Shown here: positions 9,958 through 20,552 of the stretch, in pieces
Layout: every line of letters starts with the position of its first letter
Position numbering within the stretch: position 1 is the first letter of the stretch
NCBI GenBank assembly: GCA_049521795.1
Contig: JBEKOM010000001.1
Location: 1-64,000 of the forward strand
Origin: Candidatus Bathyarchaeia archaeon
Lineage (GTDB): Archaea > Thermoproteota > Bathyarchaeia > Bathyarchaeales > Bathycorpusculaceae
Reading direction: 5' to 3'
Length of the DNA: 64,000 bases
Program-made: the position numbers and the translations under genes
The notes under the pieces: model-generated
What the model was told of the DNA's origin: nothing
What the model saw: the letters and a program-made list of their open reading frames with translations, nothing else
Database searches by the model: none

Positions 9958-11286
9958 ATGGAAAAAAATGGGGATTTTGCGGGAGGTATACGAGTGAGTG
10001 CTTGTGTTCACCGTTTGCCCGGATTGGTACTAGTTGATCACGAATTCAACGTGCCACTCGATTACGCCCGACCAGAGGGCGAGACAATAAATGTGTTTGC
10101 ACGTGAGGTGGGTGCAACTGACAAAGAAAAACAGGATCAGCCCTGGCTAATCTTCTTTCAAGGCGGTCCTGGCTCGTCAGCGCCGCGCCCAGAAGACAAG
10201 AGTGGCTGGTTGAAACGGGCACTGCAAGAATATCGCGTGTTGCTCCTCGACCAGCGCGGCACGGGTCGCAGCTCACCGATCAACTACCAGACATTGGCAC
10301 GCTTTGCCACGGCTAGAATGCAGGCTGATTACCTGAAAAATTTCCGCGCCGACTCCATCGTCCGCGACGCTGAACTGATCCGACGCAAGTTGATCGGAGC
10401 GGAAAAACGCTGGACTGTGCTGGGGCAAAGCTACGGCGGCTTCTGCGTGACGCACTATTTGTCCGCTGCACCAGACGGCTTGAAAGAAGCGATAATAACC
10501 GGTGGTTTACCGCCTTTGAATCGACCTCCAGACGATGTTTACCGCGCTACTTATCGGCGTGTAAGCGAAAGGAACAAGCTCTACTACGAGCGTTACCCCG
10601 ATGACACCGAGCGCGTCCGCGAGATCGTCGACCACTTAGCATCTCACGAGGCAAACCTGCCCAACGGTGACCGCGTCTCGCAACGACGTTTTCAACAACT
10701 CGGCATAGCCTTCGGGATGAGCACCGGTTTCGAGCGAGTTCACTACTTGCTCGAAGACGCGTTCCTTCAGGGCGCAACCAGCCGAGAGATCAGTTACACT
10801 TTCCTGCGCGGCTTCGAAAATTCTCTATGGTTTGAAACCAATCCGATCTACACGATCCTGCACGAGTCAATCTACTGCGAAGGGGTTGCGTCGAACTGGT
10901 CGGCCCAGCGTGTACGTTCGGAATACCCGGAATTCGAGGTCACGCCCGGTCAGCCTGTGTTCTTTACGGGCGAGATGGTGTACCCGTGGATGCTCGATGA
11001 ATACAGGTACCTCCGCCCGTTGAAAGAAGCTGCGAAGATTCTGGCAGCATATGACGGCTGGCCGCATCTGTACGACAAATCAACCCTGCAATCGAACACT
11101 GTTCCGTGCGCAGCGGTCATCTACTACAACGACATGTACGTTGAGCGCAGCCTTTCAGAAGAGACTGCCCGAAACATTCAAGGGATCAAACTGTTGGTCA
11201 CCAGCGAATACCAACATGACGGCCTGCGCGTCGACGGCGACAAAGTGCTGGGCCGCCTGCTCGACATGCTCCACGGCGAGATATAA
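9958..11286 (+). CDS. pip: Proline iminopeptidase (alpha/beta hydrolase, bacterial type)
   Basis: QGGPG, LLDQRGTGRS, GQSYGG nucleophile, DMYV, EYQHDGLR. True start may be GTG near 9994. Confidence 0.88.
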   Translation: MEKNGDFAGGIRVSACVHRLPGLVLVDHEFNVPLDYARPEGETINVFAREVGATDKEKQDQPWLIFFQGGPGSSAPRPEDKSGWLKRALQEYRVLLLDQRGTGRSSPINYQTLARFATARMQADYLKNFRADSIVRDAELIRRKLIGAEKRWTVLGQSYGGFCVTHYLSAAPDGLKEAIITGGLPPLNRPPDDVYRATYRRVSERNKLYYERYPDDTERVREIVDHLASHEANLPNGDRVSQRRFQQLGIAFGMSTGFERVHYLLEDAFLQGATSREISYTFLRGFENSLWFETNPIYTILHESIYCEGVASNWSAQRVRSEYPEFEVTPGQPVFFTGEMVYPWMLDEYRYLRPLKEAAKILAAYDGWPHLYDKSTLQSNTVPCAAVIYYNDMYVERSLSEETARNIQGIKLLVTSEYQHDGLRVDGDKVLGRLLDMLHGEI

Positions 11287-11431
11287 CAAATTCAGCATCG
11301 ACCAGTTCGAGACAAGAACCTAACGAATCACTTCTTCGGCGTTCTTAGTGTGAGGAGCATTAGCAAAATCTCGAAAACAATGTGCTGTTTGTCACATCAA
11401 TCTGTGATCGAAAGTGCGACCGAAACGTGCT

Positions 11432-11989
11432 CTACGTGTTGATCTTCTTTATCAGCCAAGCAAGTCTTTGCCCAAAGTCTTTGACCGTGTTAATTCCTTC
11501 CTCGTCTTTCAGAACATCTCCCTTTGAGCGACCAAAGGCCACGGTCCAATATGATGAGCCGGGAACGATCATTTCAGAGATCATAAAGAAGAACATGAGC
11601 TGCGCAAGAGTAAAATTGTGCCCAGCTCGACGGGCGACAACGATTGGTCCGCCCACCTTGTTTTTCAACGGTTTTCCACGTGTACTGTAAAACCTGCTGA
11701 TCAAGCTAACTATCTGCGGTGTGGCTGCACCGAAGTAGACTGGAGTGGCAAGTATGATCCCATCGGCTTCCTTCATCTTCTTGAAGATGGATTCAAAATC
11801 GTCTCTGATGTGACACTTGCCAGTTTTCAAACAGCTTCTACACCCATCACAAGGCTCTATTTTCTTTCCTGCCAAGCTTACTAGTTCTGTTTCAAGCCCC
11901 TCTTTCTCTACTTCGTCCAGCGCTATGCGAGTCAAAATCTCAGTGTTTCCACCCAGCCTTGCACTACCAACTATGCCCACGACCTTCAT
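11432..11989 (-). CDS. Iron-sulfur flavoprotein / NADPH-dependent FMN reductase family
   Basis: GSARLGGNT, CDGCRSC...C cluster motif, ATPVYFG. Start set at MKVVGIV. Confidence 0.88.
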   Translation of the reverse strand: MKVVGIVGSARLGGNTEILTRIALDEVEKEGLETELVSLAGKKIEPCDGCRSCLKTGKCHIRDDFESIFKKMKEADGIILATPVYFGAATPQIVSLISRFYSTRGKPLKNKVGGPIVVARRAGHNFTLAQLMFFFMISEMIVPGSSYWTVAFGRSKGDVLKDEEGINTVKDFGQRLAWLIKKINT

Positions 11990-12036
11990 TCCTCGGTCAC
12001 TCTCACCTACGGAAACTCTTTTTGCGCGCGCGCTCG

Positions 12037-12435
12037 TTAGACACACCTGACAGACTCGCTGGCCACGCAGAGCTCACAATTCTCAATGTCGACCAACGGG
12101 TCAAAAGCCTTATGCAGCTTGCACAACAAACCCTTCGCCCTGATCGTCCTGCACACTCCGCAGTACATGACGATCAAATCCCGATGTGAAGAACCACCCT
12201 TAGCCAATGACTCGGAAATGTTGGCCACCAAACGCTTAACGTCACGGTCATTCCCCAGGTCGATGGCCCTTCCCCTGATGTTTCTGCAGTACAAGCTTAT
12301 CGCCGGCTGGCTGACTCCGAGAAGCTTGGCCGCTTCAACCTGCCTGAGTCCGTGGCTAACCATGAGCTTCCTGGCAATCATAGCGCGGACCACTGGCAAG
12401 ACGCATTTGACGGCAACTTCGCATGGAACAGACAT
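12037..12435 (-). CDS. Archaeal HTH transcriptional regulator with Cys/His metal motifs (COG2522-like)
   Basis: PCE N-terminus, QVEAAKLLGVSQPAISLY HTH, CxxC...CxxH...CxxC C-terminus. Confidence 0.8.
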   Translation of the reverse strand: MSVPCEVAVKCVLPVVRAMIARKLMVSHGLRQVEAAKLLGVSQPAISLYCRNIRGRAIDLGNDRDVKRLVANISESLAKGGSSHRDLIVMYCGVCRTIRAKGLLCKLHKAFDPLVDIENCELCVASESVRCV

Positions 12436-12518
12436 TGACGGAGCTTCCTGCTAGTAGTTGTAGAAAGGCATAAATATATTTTATTACCATCGTCATATTC
12501 GCTTGAAAGGTGAAATAA

Positions 12519-13706
12519 ATGAGTTGGAGAAACGCTGCTGAAATCTCTAAAGAAGTCTTCTGGGTAGGCATAAGAGACTATAACAGAAGACTCTTCGACG
12601 CGCTGATTCCGCTTCCCAGAGGAACAACGTACAATTCGTACTTAGTGATCGGGTCAGCAAAAAAGGCGGTGATTGACACTGTCAACCCGGGTTTTGAAAA
12701 GGAATGGCAAGAAAAAATAGGCAAAGTTGTGAACCCTGCTGACATCGATTATGTGATAATGAACCACGCCGAACCTGACCACGCAGGCTCAATTCCGCAC
12801 ATGATGTCGATCAACAGCAAAGCCACGCTCATCACAACAAGCCAGGGGGCAAAGATGGCACGCGTCTTTTACAAGGTCCCTGAAAACAGGATAAAGACCG
12901 TCGCAAACGGAGATTCACTAGACCTTGGCGGCAAGATCCTCAGGTTCATCGAGGCCCCGATGCTTCACTGGCCCGAAACAATGTTCACTTACCTTCCAGA
13001 GAACAAGACCCTGTTTCCATGCGACTTCTTCGGATCCCACGTCGCACAGGGACTGTTCGACGACGAAATAGAGGATTTACTCGTCTTCGCTCAGAAGTAT
13101 TTCGGCGAAATCATGATGCCTTTCAGATTCAACGCCCAAAAAGGCATGGAAAAAATCAAAGACCTAGAGATCAACATGATCGCACCGAGCCACGGGCCCA
13201 TACACAGAAACCCAGAGCGAATTCTGTCTGCTTACCGAAAATGGGTAAACGGAGAAACCAGACAGAAGGCGGTGATAGTCTACGCGACCATGTGGAACAG
13301 CACAGATAAGATGGTCAAAGTGATTGAAGATACCTTAGCCTCCGAAGGAATAGAAGTGGCAAAGCACAATCTAACCGTTGTGGACATGGGCGAATTGGCA
13401 AAAGACTTGGTTGATTCTCGAGCCATCATCTTAGGCGCGCCCACTGTGCTCGGCGGGGCTCATCCGCTGGCGATGTACGCGACGTACTTGGCAAGGGTCC
13501 TTCGTCCGCCAGCAAAGTTTGCGGTCGTGCTCACCTCGTACGGCTGGAGCGGAGGGGCGCTGAAACACATTCAGGAAACGCTGGGACCGACAAAAATGGA
13601 AATCGTTGGAACACTAGAGGTCAATGGTCCACCAACAGAAACCGACATCAACAAGATAGTCGAGTATGGGAAGATTCTTGCAAAGAAAATCAAGGAACAA
13701 GGCTAG
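12519..13706 (+). CDS. fprA: Flavodiiron protein (FprA, type A flavoprotein)
   Basis: GTTYNSY, NHAEPDH, HWPE, APSHG and a flavodoxin domain (SYGWSG). Confidence 0.93.
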   Translation: MSWRNAAEISKEVFWVGIRDYNRRLFDALIPLPRGTTYNSYLVIGSAKKAVIDTVNPGFEKEWQEKIGKVVNPADIDYVIMNHAEPDHAGSIPHMMSINSKATLITTSQGAKMARVFYKVPENRIKTVANGDSLDLGGKILRFIEAPMLHWPETMFTYLPENKTLFPCDFFGSHVAQGLFDDEIEDLLVFAQKYFGEIMMPFRFNAQKGMEKIKDLEINMIAPSHGPIHRNPERILSAYRKWVNGETRQKAVIVYATMWNSTDKMVKVIEDTLASEGIEVAKHNLTVVDMGELAKDLVDSRAIILGAPTVLGGAHPLAMYATYLARVLRPPAKFAVVLTSYGWSGGALKHIQETLGPTKMEIVGTLEVNGPPTETDINKIVEYGKILAKKIKEQG

Positions 13707-13776
13707 AAGACCTGGGCCGCTATTGTTTTAATACCTGTAACGCGTGAATCTAGCATTCTGAGAAGGTGCAAACAGT

Positions 13777-15003
13777 ATGAGTGGGATGGATGAAGCTAAG
13801 AAAAAGCTGTTGAAAGAGATAATCAAGCAGTTACCAGGGGGAGCATCGCCGAGCGAGGTAAAAGAAAAGTTCAGAGAAGCCCTCAAGGGCGTAACCTCCG
13901 AGGACATCGTCAAGGTTGAACAGGAACTCGTCAAGGAAGGAATGCCACGCGAAGAACTGCAGAAGCTCTGCGACATACACATGGCAATCTTCGGCGAGCA
14001 ACTGCAGGAGCAGGAGCTGCACATTGCGCGTGGGCACCCTATCAGCATTCTCATTGAAGAGCACAGCATAATGCTTCAACGCGCTGAGAGACTGGAGACG
14101 CTTTTGGGCATGGTTGAAGAGGCTTGCGACTCCGTTTACGTTGGAGACGTCCTGACCGAACTGCAGAACATAGCAAAGGAGTTTCAGGACTCGGAGAAAC
14201 ATTACCTGAGGGAGGAGAACGTACTCTTTCCCATGGTGGAGAAGCATGGAATCACGGAACCTCCGGCTATAATGTGGATGGAACACGACAAGATAAGAGA
14301 GGTCAAGAAAAAGTTCACCAACCTGGTTGAAAAATGGAACACTATGACCTATGAAGAGTTCAAGAAGAGACTGAGCGACGCGACGAAACCACTATGCAGC
14401 CTACTTCCATCTCACTTTTACAAAGAAAACAACATACTGTTTCCAGCTGCCCTTGAATCAGTTTCCATCGACGAATGGGAAGAGGCCAGGAAAGAGTTCG
14501 ACGAGATAGGCTACTGCTGCTTCACACCTCCAGCCGCAACGGTGAGAATGCAAGCTGAAGAGCCAAGAGGCAAACCGGAACCCATGACTGAGGAAACACT
14601 GAAGTTTGAAACCGGAAGCCTTACAAAAGAAGAAGTCGCGGCCATTCTTGACTCGCTCCCCATAGACATATCGTTCGTCGACAGGAAAGACAGCGTGAAG
14701 TACTTCAACAAGGCCGAGAAAAGGATCTTCGTGCGCACCAAAGCCGTCATCGGCCGAAAAGTGCAGATGTGCCACCCGCAGAAAAGCGTCCACATAGTGA
14801 ACAAGATCGTTGAATCCTTCAAGAAAGGCAGGAAAGATTCGGCTGAATTCTGGATCACGATGGGCGGTCGATTCGTTCACATCAGATACTTTGCGGTCAG
14901 AGATAAGAACGGAAAATATCTCGGAACGATGGAAGTGACACAGGACTTGACTGACATAAAGAAGCTTGAGGGCGAAAAGAGACTTCTGGACTGGACAGAA
15001 TAG
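13777..15003 (+). CDS. DUF438 + hemerythrin + PAS domain protein
   Basis: LCDIH, GHPI..EEH, HYLREENVLFP, MWMEHD, KENNILFP; C-terminal PAS with CHP. Confidence 0.88.
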   Translation: MSGMDEAKKKLLKEIIKQLPGGASPSEVKEKFREALKGVTSEDIVKVEQELVKEGMPREELQKLCDIHMAIFGEQLQEQELHIARGHPISILIEEHSIMLQRAERLETLLGMVEEACDSVYVGDVLTELQNIAKEFQDSEKHYLREENVLFPMVEKHGITEPPAIMWMEHDKIREVKKKFTNLVEKWNTMTYEEFKKRLSDATKPLCSLLPSHFYKENNILFPAALESVSIDEWEEARKEFDEIGYCCFTPPAATVRMQAEEPRGKPEPMTEETLKFETGSLTKEEVAAILDSLPIDISFVDRKDSVKYFNKAEKRIFVRTKAVIGRKVQMCHPQKSVHIVNKIVESFKKGRKDSAEFWITMGGRFVHIRYFAVRDKNGKYLGTMEVTQDLTDIKKLEGEKRLLDWTE

Positions 15004-15019
15004 TTAGACAGGGCAAACG

Positions 15020-15379
15020 CTATTTTTTCTTTTTGACTTTTTTGTCGTAAAGTTTCTTGGCTCGCTTCTTCTTGAAAAACCAAGGGTATCGCTGCATGTC
15101 CTCGTATATGGGTCTAGGCATGCGTCCAGTATAGACGTCCGGGTGCCCTTCAGGCGACACAATGGGATATTTCAGTCTGACGTTCTTGATCGTCATCCGA
15201 TACACCACGTAAATTGAAAAGACGAAGGCCCCTAGGACAAATGCCAAGGGCCAAACCCACCCAGCGTACGCAAAACCGGCAATTGGAAGCGAATACATGA
15301 CAACGACAAAAAAGAAACCTAACCAGAACCTAGCCTTCCTGTCCAACTCCTTCCCTGAAAGAACAAACAGACACCTCAC
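15020..15379 (-). CDS. Hypothetical membrane protein (2 TM)
   Basis: Two hydrophobic helices and a basic C-terminus; fills the intergenic space. Confidence 0.6.
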   Translation of the reverse strand: MRCLFVLSGKELDRKARFWLGFFFVVVMYSLPIAGFAYAGWVWPLAFVLGAFVFSIYVVYRMTIKNVRLKYPIVSPEGHPDVYTGRMPRPIYEDMQRYPWFFKKKRAKKLYDKKVKKKK

Positions 15380-15734
15380 TTATACCCTTTGTTTATGGGC
15401 TCAGAGCCCACGCACCTTGATTATTGAGTAGGATACCGCTGGTTTGGAAAATCAACAAAAAGAAGACGTGTCTCGCGTTCACGCTTAGATGGAACCCAGT
15501 TTTCATGGACTCCGGAGAACCGAGTCAGAAATTGCGTTCTTTCGCGGAAAGAGTAACAAGTCGACAAGAATACGGTTTTTGCGTGCATAACACGCTTTTG
15601 GCAACATGGAGCGGGATCGTTCGAAGGCTGAAACGTAGACTCAGATTAAAAGAGTTTCAGATAGGAAAGGTTTTTAGTTTAGTTGTCGTATGAGAGACTG
15701 CAATAGATTAGGATAGATTGTGAGGAATGCATGA

Positions 15735-16463
15735 ATGTCTGTATTTGCAGCACCAGGCGCATACGACCGTGCGATAACTGTTTTTTCACCAGACGGCCGG
15801 CTTTTTCAAGTTGAATACGCGATGGAGTTGGTTAACCGTGGAGCTACGATCTTAGCCATCCGCTGCTCAGGAGGAGCCGTTTTAGGAGCGGAAGAGACGG
15901 TGGATCCCCTTGAAGAATCAGAATACTCTTGGAAGATCTTCAAGATAGACGACCACGTGTGCGCGGGCATAGTAGGCTTGAGCTCAGATGCGCGCATACT
16001 GATTGACCAAGCGAGGGTTTACGCTCAGTCGAACAAGCTTACGTACGACGAGCCGATCGACACGGAAGTCGTGACCAAGAGAATATGCGACATAAAACAG
16101 CTCTACACACAGCACGCAGGCGTGAGGCCCTTCGGAGTCTCTATGATCTTTGCTGGTGTCGATAAGACTGGAAGCCGCGTGTTCGGAACTCACCCAAGCG
16201 GAACTTACAGGGGATACAAGGCAAGAGCAGAGGGCGCTGGAAGAGAAACAGTTTTCAACATTCTGAAGGAAGAGTACAAGGAAGAAATGGACCTCAAAGA
16301 AGCCACGAAGCTTGCTGTGAAATGCCTAGCCAAAGCCCTAGAAGCAAGGCAGCTTCCTCAAAGAATGAAAGTAGCAGTGATCCCATTGGAAACCATGAAG
16401 ATCGAGATGCTGGACGACGAGAAAGTCGACACCATGATAAAAGAGCTAGGCGTGAGCAAGTGA
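15735..16463 (+). CDS. psmA: Proteasome alpha subunit
   Basis: YDRAITVFSPDGRLFQVEYA signature, RPFGVS. Confidence 0.97.
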   Translation: MSVFAAPGAYDRAITVFSPDGRLFQVEYAMELVNRGATILAIRCSGGAVLGAEETVDPLEESEYSWKIFKIDDHVCAGIVGLSSDARILIDQARVYAQSNKLTYDEPIDTEVVTKRICDIKQLYTQHAGVRPFGVSMIFAGVDKTGSRVFGTHPSGTYRGYKARAEGAGRETVFNILKEEYKEEMDLKEATKLAVKCLAKALEARQLPQRMKVAVIPLETMKIEMLDDEKVDTMIKELGVSK

Positions 16464-16470
16464 AACATCG

Positions 16471-17160
16471 ATGAGTGATAAGTACACCGTTGCACGCATG
16501 ACAAAGGACAACGAACACTTTGAGGTCCTCGTTAAGCCCGAAAAGGCCTTAGACTACCGCATGGGGAAAACGACCTCGGTGACCGAGGTCTTGGCTGCCG
16601 AAACGATATTTTCAGACGCGAACAAGGGCACGAGGGCTTCAGAGGAAAACCTGCGCAAAGCGTTTGACACGACTGACGCGTTGAAAATAGCAGGAGTGAT
16701 ACTGACCAAGGGAACTTTGCAGCTTACGACAGAGCAGCGGAGAAAGATGATCGAGGACAAGAGGAAACAGATCGTTGACTTTATTGCGAGGCAGAGCGTT
16801 GACCCCAAGACAAACCTTCCGCACCCGCCTGCACGCATAGAAAACGCTATGGAACAGATTCGCTATTCGTTAGACCCATTCAAGCCTGTCGAAGAGCAGG
16901 CAAAGGAAATAATCAAGGCGTTGCGAGCTATTCTGCCACTTAAAATGGAGCAAATATCGCTGGGCGTCACGATTCCGGCAGCGTACTCAGTAAGAGCTTA
17001 CGGGTCTATCAAGGGCTTCGGAACGATCAAACACGAAGAATGGCGCCCAGACGGCTCATGGTACGGCGTTGTGGAGATGCCTGCAGGTACCTACGCCCCC
17101 TTCCTAGATAAACTCGGTGAAGTAACCAAAGGAAGCGGGGAAGCAAAAATAGTTCGTTAA
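16471..17160 (+). CDS. Ribosome assembly factor SBDS
   Basis: FEVLV, GTLQLTTEQRR, PHPPARIENAM; exosome-operon position. Confidence 0.95.
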   Translation: MSDKYTVARMTKDNEHFEVLVKPEKALDYRMGKTTSVTEVLAAETIFSDANKGTRASEENLRKAFDTTDALKIAGVILTKGTLQLTTEQRRKMIEDKRKQIVDFIARQSVDPKTNLPHPPARIENAMEQIRYSLDPFKPVEEQAKEIIKALRAILPLKMEQISLGVTIPAAYSVRAYGSIKGFGTIKHEEWRPDGSWYGVVEMPAGTYAPFLDKLGEVTKGSGEAKIVR

Positions 17161-17189
17161 GAGTTTTATGAACAAACCAGGTGTAGAAT

Positions 17190-17897
17190 ATGCCAATACT
17201 TTTGGAAAAAAAACAACTTGTGACTCCTGGAGACTTGATCGCTGAAGGCGAGTACATCGCCGGAGAGAACACATTCGTAGAAAACGGCAAGATTTACGCA
17301 GCACGCGTTGGAATACTTGAGTACGAAAGCAAAAGAGTGGACGTAGTGGCCCTGAAAGCCTTCTACATCCCAAGAGCCGGCGACATAGTCATAGGAACGA
17401 TCACAGAGGTCGGATTCAACGGGTGGACAGTGGACATAAACTCACCTTACATCGCCCTCTTGAGAGCATCAGACGTCCTCAGCAGGCCTTTCAAACCTCA
17501 GAAGGACGACCTGCCGCAAGTGCTCGACGCAGGAGACCTTGTGGTTGCAAAAATAGTCTCCTATGACAGAACACACGACCCGCAGCTGACCGTTGCAGAA
17601 CCAGGATTGGGAAAGATCACCCGTGGACAAATAATCAAAGTCACACCGACAAAGATCCCACGTGTGATCGGAAGAAAAGGCTCGATGATATCCATGATAA
17701 AGCAGGAAACGGGATGCAACATAATCCTGGGACTCAACGGAGTCGTTCTGATCACCGGCAAAACATTAGAAGACGAACATCTCGCGCTGAGAGCGATCCT
17801 TAAAATTGAACAGGAGTCACACACCAGCGGCCTAACAGACCGCATAACCCAGATGCTTCGAGAAGAAAAATCAAAAACGGAGGAAAACAAGAAATGA
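17190..17897 (+). CDS. rrp4: Exosome RNA-binding protein Rrp4
   Basis: [17 protein letters not shown]1 domain, KH motif [10 protein letters not shown]. Confidence 0.95.
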   Translation: MPILLEKKQLVTPGDLIAEGEYIAGENTFVENGKIYAARVGILEYESKRVDVVALKAFYIPRAGDIVIGTITEVGFNGWTVDINSPYIALLRASDVLSRPFKPQKDDLPQVLDAGDLVVAKIVSYDRTHDPQLTVAEPGLGKITRGQIIKVTPTKIPRVIGRKGSMISMIKQETGCNIILGLNGVVLITGKTLEDEHLALRAILKIEQESHTSGLTDRITQMLREEKSKTEENKK

Positions 17898-18643
17898 ATG
17901 ATAAACCTGAAAAGTTAATCGACAAAAAAGGCCTAAGACTGGACGGCAGAAAACCAGACGAGCTGAGGCCTGTAAAACTTGAAGTCGGCGTCATACCGAA
18001 CGCTGACGGTTCAGCTTACGTTGAACATGGAAAAAACAAGATTCTAGCAGCCGTGTACGGCCCGAGAGAAGTGCATCCTAAACACTTAGCACTCCAGGAC
18101 CGAACAGTCCTGAAGTGCCGCTATCACATGGCGCCATTCTCTGTCCAAGAACGCAAATCGCCCGCACCCTCAAGAAGGGAAATTGAACTCTCAAAAATGA
18201 TAAGAGAATCTCTTGAACCCGCCGTCTTCATGGAGTACTACCCCCGAACAATGATAGATGTTTTCGTAGAAGTGCTGCAGGCTGACGGGGGAACAAGATG
18301 CGCCAGCATAACAGCCGCGGCCTTAGCCCTTGCTGATTCAGGAATTCCCATGAGGGACCTCGTCGTAGCGTGCGCAGCAGGCAAGATCGACAACACGGTT
18401 GTGCTGGACCTGATGGACACAGAGGACAAAGTGGGCTCTGCAGACGTCCCAGTGGCTCTGATGCCCAACCTGAACGCTGTAACACTTCTGCAGATGGACG
18501 GCAATCTGACGCGTGAAGAGTTCGAGACCGCTGTTAACATGGCCCTCGACGGATGCAGAAAGATCTACGCCATACAGAAGGAGGCTCTGAAGACGAAGTA
18601 CGTCAACGTTAGCGGAGACATCAAGGAGGAGGCTGAAGATTAA
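17894..18643 (+). CDS. rrp41: Exosome exonuclease Rrp41
   Basis: [25 protein letters not shown]. Confidence 0.96.
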   Translation: MNDKPEKLIDKKGLRLDGRKPDELRPVKLEVGVIPNADGSAYVEHGKNKILAAVYGPREVHPKHLALQDRTVLKCRYHMAPFSVQERKSPAPSRREIELSKMIRESLEPAVFMEYYPRTMIDVFVEVLQADGGTRCASITAAALALADSGIPMRDLVVACAAGKIDNTVVLDLMDTEDKVGSADVPVALMPNLNAVTLLQMDGNLTREEFETAVNMALDGCRKIYAIQKEALKTKYVNVSGDIKEEAED

Positions 18644-19434
18644 TGGCCCAAATAATCACTCGTGTGAAGAAGAAGCAAGTTACAGAGATGATAGACAAAG
18701 AAAAACGCATGGACGGCCGCGACCTGACAGAGTATCGCGACTTGAAAATCGAGCAAGGCATCATCGAACGCGCAGAAGGCTCTGCCAGAGTGCTCCTCGG
18801 CAAAACAGAGGTCGTGGTCGGAGTGAAAATCGAGATGGGTGAACCGTTTCCAGACACGCCTAACGAAGGCGTCTTGACAGTCAACGCGGAACTCACACCT
18901 ATGGCTTCACCGGATTTTGAGGCAGGACCGCCAGACGAGGACTCCATAGAACTTGCAAGAATCGTTGACAGGGGAATAAGAGAGTCAAAAGCCATCGACA
19001 CGGAGAAACTCGTCATCGAACCCGGAAAAAAGGTCTTCGTGGTGTTCGTGGACCTCTACATCCTCAACCACGATGGAAACCTCATAGACGCGGCAGCATT
19101 GGCTGCAGTGGCCGCACTGCTCAACACGAAAATGGCCAACTACGAAGTCAAAGAAGGAGAAGTCAAAATTAAACCCGGCTACGAAAAACTTCCCATAAAC
19201 AAGCGTCCGATAACGGTAACAGTTGCCAAGATAGGAAACAAACTTGTCGTAGACCCGCAGCTAGAGGAGGAACAGGTCATGGACGCAAGGATCTCAATGG
19301 CCATCGATGATGATGACCACATATGCGCCATACAGAAGGGCGGCAGCGGCTACTTCGAACCAAACCAAGTGCTGGAAGCAGCGAAGATAATTGAACAAAA
19401 ATCCAAGGAAATGCGAAAGAAACTGAACTGGTGA
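18643..19434 (+). CDS. rrp42: Exosome subunit Rrp42
   Basis: RMDGR, AEGSA, PFPDTP, ELARIVDRGIRES. Confidence 0.96.
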   Translation: MAQIITRVKKKQVTEMIDKEKRMDGRDLTEYRDLKIEQGIIERAEGSARVLLGKTEVVVGVKIEMGEPFPDTPNEGVLTVNAELTPMASPDFEAGPPDEDSIELARIVDRGIRESKAIDTEKLVIEPGKKVFVVFVDLYILNHDGNLIDAAALAAVAALLNTKMANYEVKEGEVKIKPGYEKLPINKRPITVTVAKIGNKLVVDPQLEEEQVMDARISMAIDDDDHICAIQKGGSGYFEPNQVLEAAKIIEQKSKEMRKKLNW

Positions 19435-19441
19435 CCACCAG

Positions 19442-19756
19442 ATGCCAAGAACCAAGAAAGTCGGACCCACACGAGGCCTGGGACCTCGCTACGGCTCCAC
19501 CGTCAGAAAACGCTACATCAAAGTAATGGAGGAAATGAGAAAACCTCACCAGTGCCCGCAATGCGGATTTCTCAGAGTCAAGAGAGAAAGCGTCGGCGTC
19601 TGGAAGTGCAGAAAATGCGGGTACACCTACACGGGCGGAGCTTACACGCCGATAACAAAGCTAGGCGTAGTAGCGAAACGCTCAGCAAAGGGATTGCCAG
19701 CCGAAGAGATAACGAAAACAGCACCAGAAGAAGAAACAGAACCGGAAGCCGCTTGA
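19442..19756 (+). CDS. rpl37ae: 50S ribosomal protein L37ae with acidic C-terminal extension
   Basis: GPRYG, CPQC...GVWKCRKC, GGAY. Confidence 0.95.
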   Translation: MPRTKKVGPTRGLGPRYGSTVRKRYIKVMEEMRKPHQCPQCGFLRVKRESVGVWKCRKCGYTYTGGAYTPITKLGVVAKRSAKGLPAEEITKTAPEEETEPEAA

Positions 19757-19816
19757 TTCTCCCACTTCACCATTCTGTCCAAAACGTCGTTTTACGATGA
19801 ACAGTGGGTTTGAAGC

Positions 19817-20074
19817 TTGGCAGTGAAGACAAGGGCAACCATACGCCTAAAGTTCTCTTCAAAAGAAAAACTACAAACCGTTCTCAACTCATTGAAGCCA
19901 GAAACCAAAAACCCAGCCACCACTCGAGCGCGAACGTTCTTGAAGCAAGAAGACGAATCCCTGATTCTGAGCGTTGAAGCCGACGACACGGTCGCGCTAC
20001 GCGCATCACTGAACGCATACCTGAGATGGACAAACTCCATCTTGAACGTCCTCGAAATTCTAGAAACACGATAA
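19817..20074 (+). CDS. pcc1: KEOPS complex subunit Pcc1
   Basis: SLKPE...ADDTVALRASLNAYLRW; operon position. Confidence 0.88.
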   Translation: MAVKTRATIRLKFSSKEKLQTVLNSLKPETKNPATTRARTFLKQEDESLILSVEADDTVALRASLNAYLRWTNSILNVLEILETR

Positions 20075-20183
20075 TTTCGCCCCGCGAACAGAGGCAGCAG
20101 CGATGACAGCGCTGTTTCATGAGGCGCTGAGAAAATGTTAATTAACAGCTCGGCTTATTGCAGTCCAGACGGAAGGAATAAAG

Positions 20184-20552
20184 GTGAGTGATGAAGAGTC
20201 AACGCTTCCGCCCCAAGTTCAAGAACGTCTGCTGAGACTTCAGCAGCTTCAACAAACGCTCCAATCAGTGGTGGGGCAGAAGCAGCAAGTGGAAATGGAA
20301 CTTATGGAGATAGACCAAGCCTTGAATGAGCTGCAAAAACTAGCCGACGACGCAGTCATTTACAAGGCAGCAGGCTCACTTCTAGTTAAATCTGAAAAAA
20401 CCAGGGTAACGACAGACCTGAACGACCGAAAAGAACTGCTCAAAACGCGAATAACAGTCCTCGGAAAGCAAGAGGAACGCTTACGAGGTCAACTTAAAGA
20501 CGTGCAAACCAAGCTTCAGCAAGACCTGAACCCAGTTTCCCCAATTGCCTAG
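20184..20552 (+). CDS. pfdB: Prefoldin beta subunit
   Basis: LPPQVQ, coiled coils, IYKAAGSLLVK hairpin. Confidence 0.93.
   Translation: MSDEESTLPPQVQERLLRLQQLQQTLQSVVGQKQQVEMELMEIDQALNELQKLADDAVIYKAAGSLLVKSEKTRVTTDLNDRKELLKTRITVLGKQEERLRGQLKDVQTKLQQDLNPVSPIA

Noticed and set aside
20095-20132. Possible C/D box sRNA (cgatga...ctgt...atga...ctga) between pcc1 and pfdB
   Set aside because: Guide regions would be only 4-5 nt, too short for a canonical archaeal C/D RNA.
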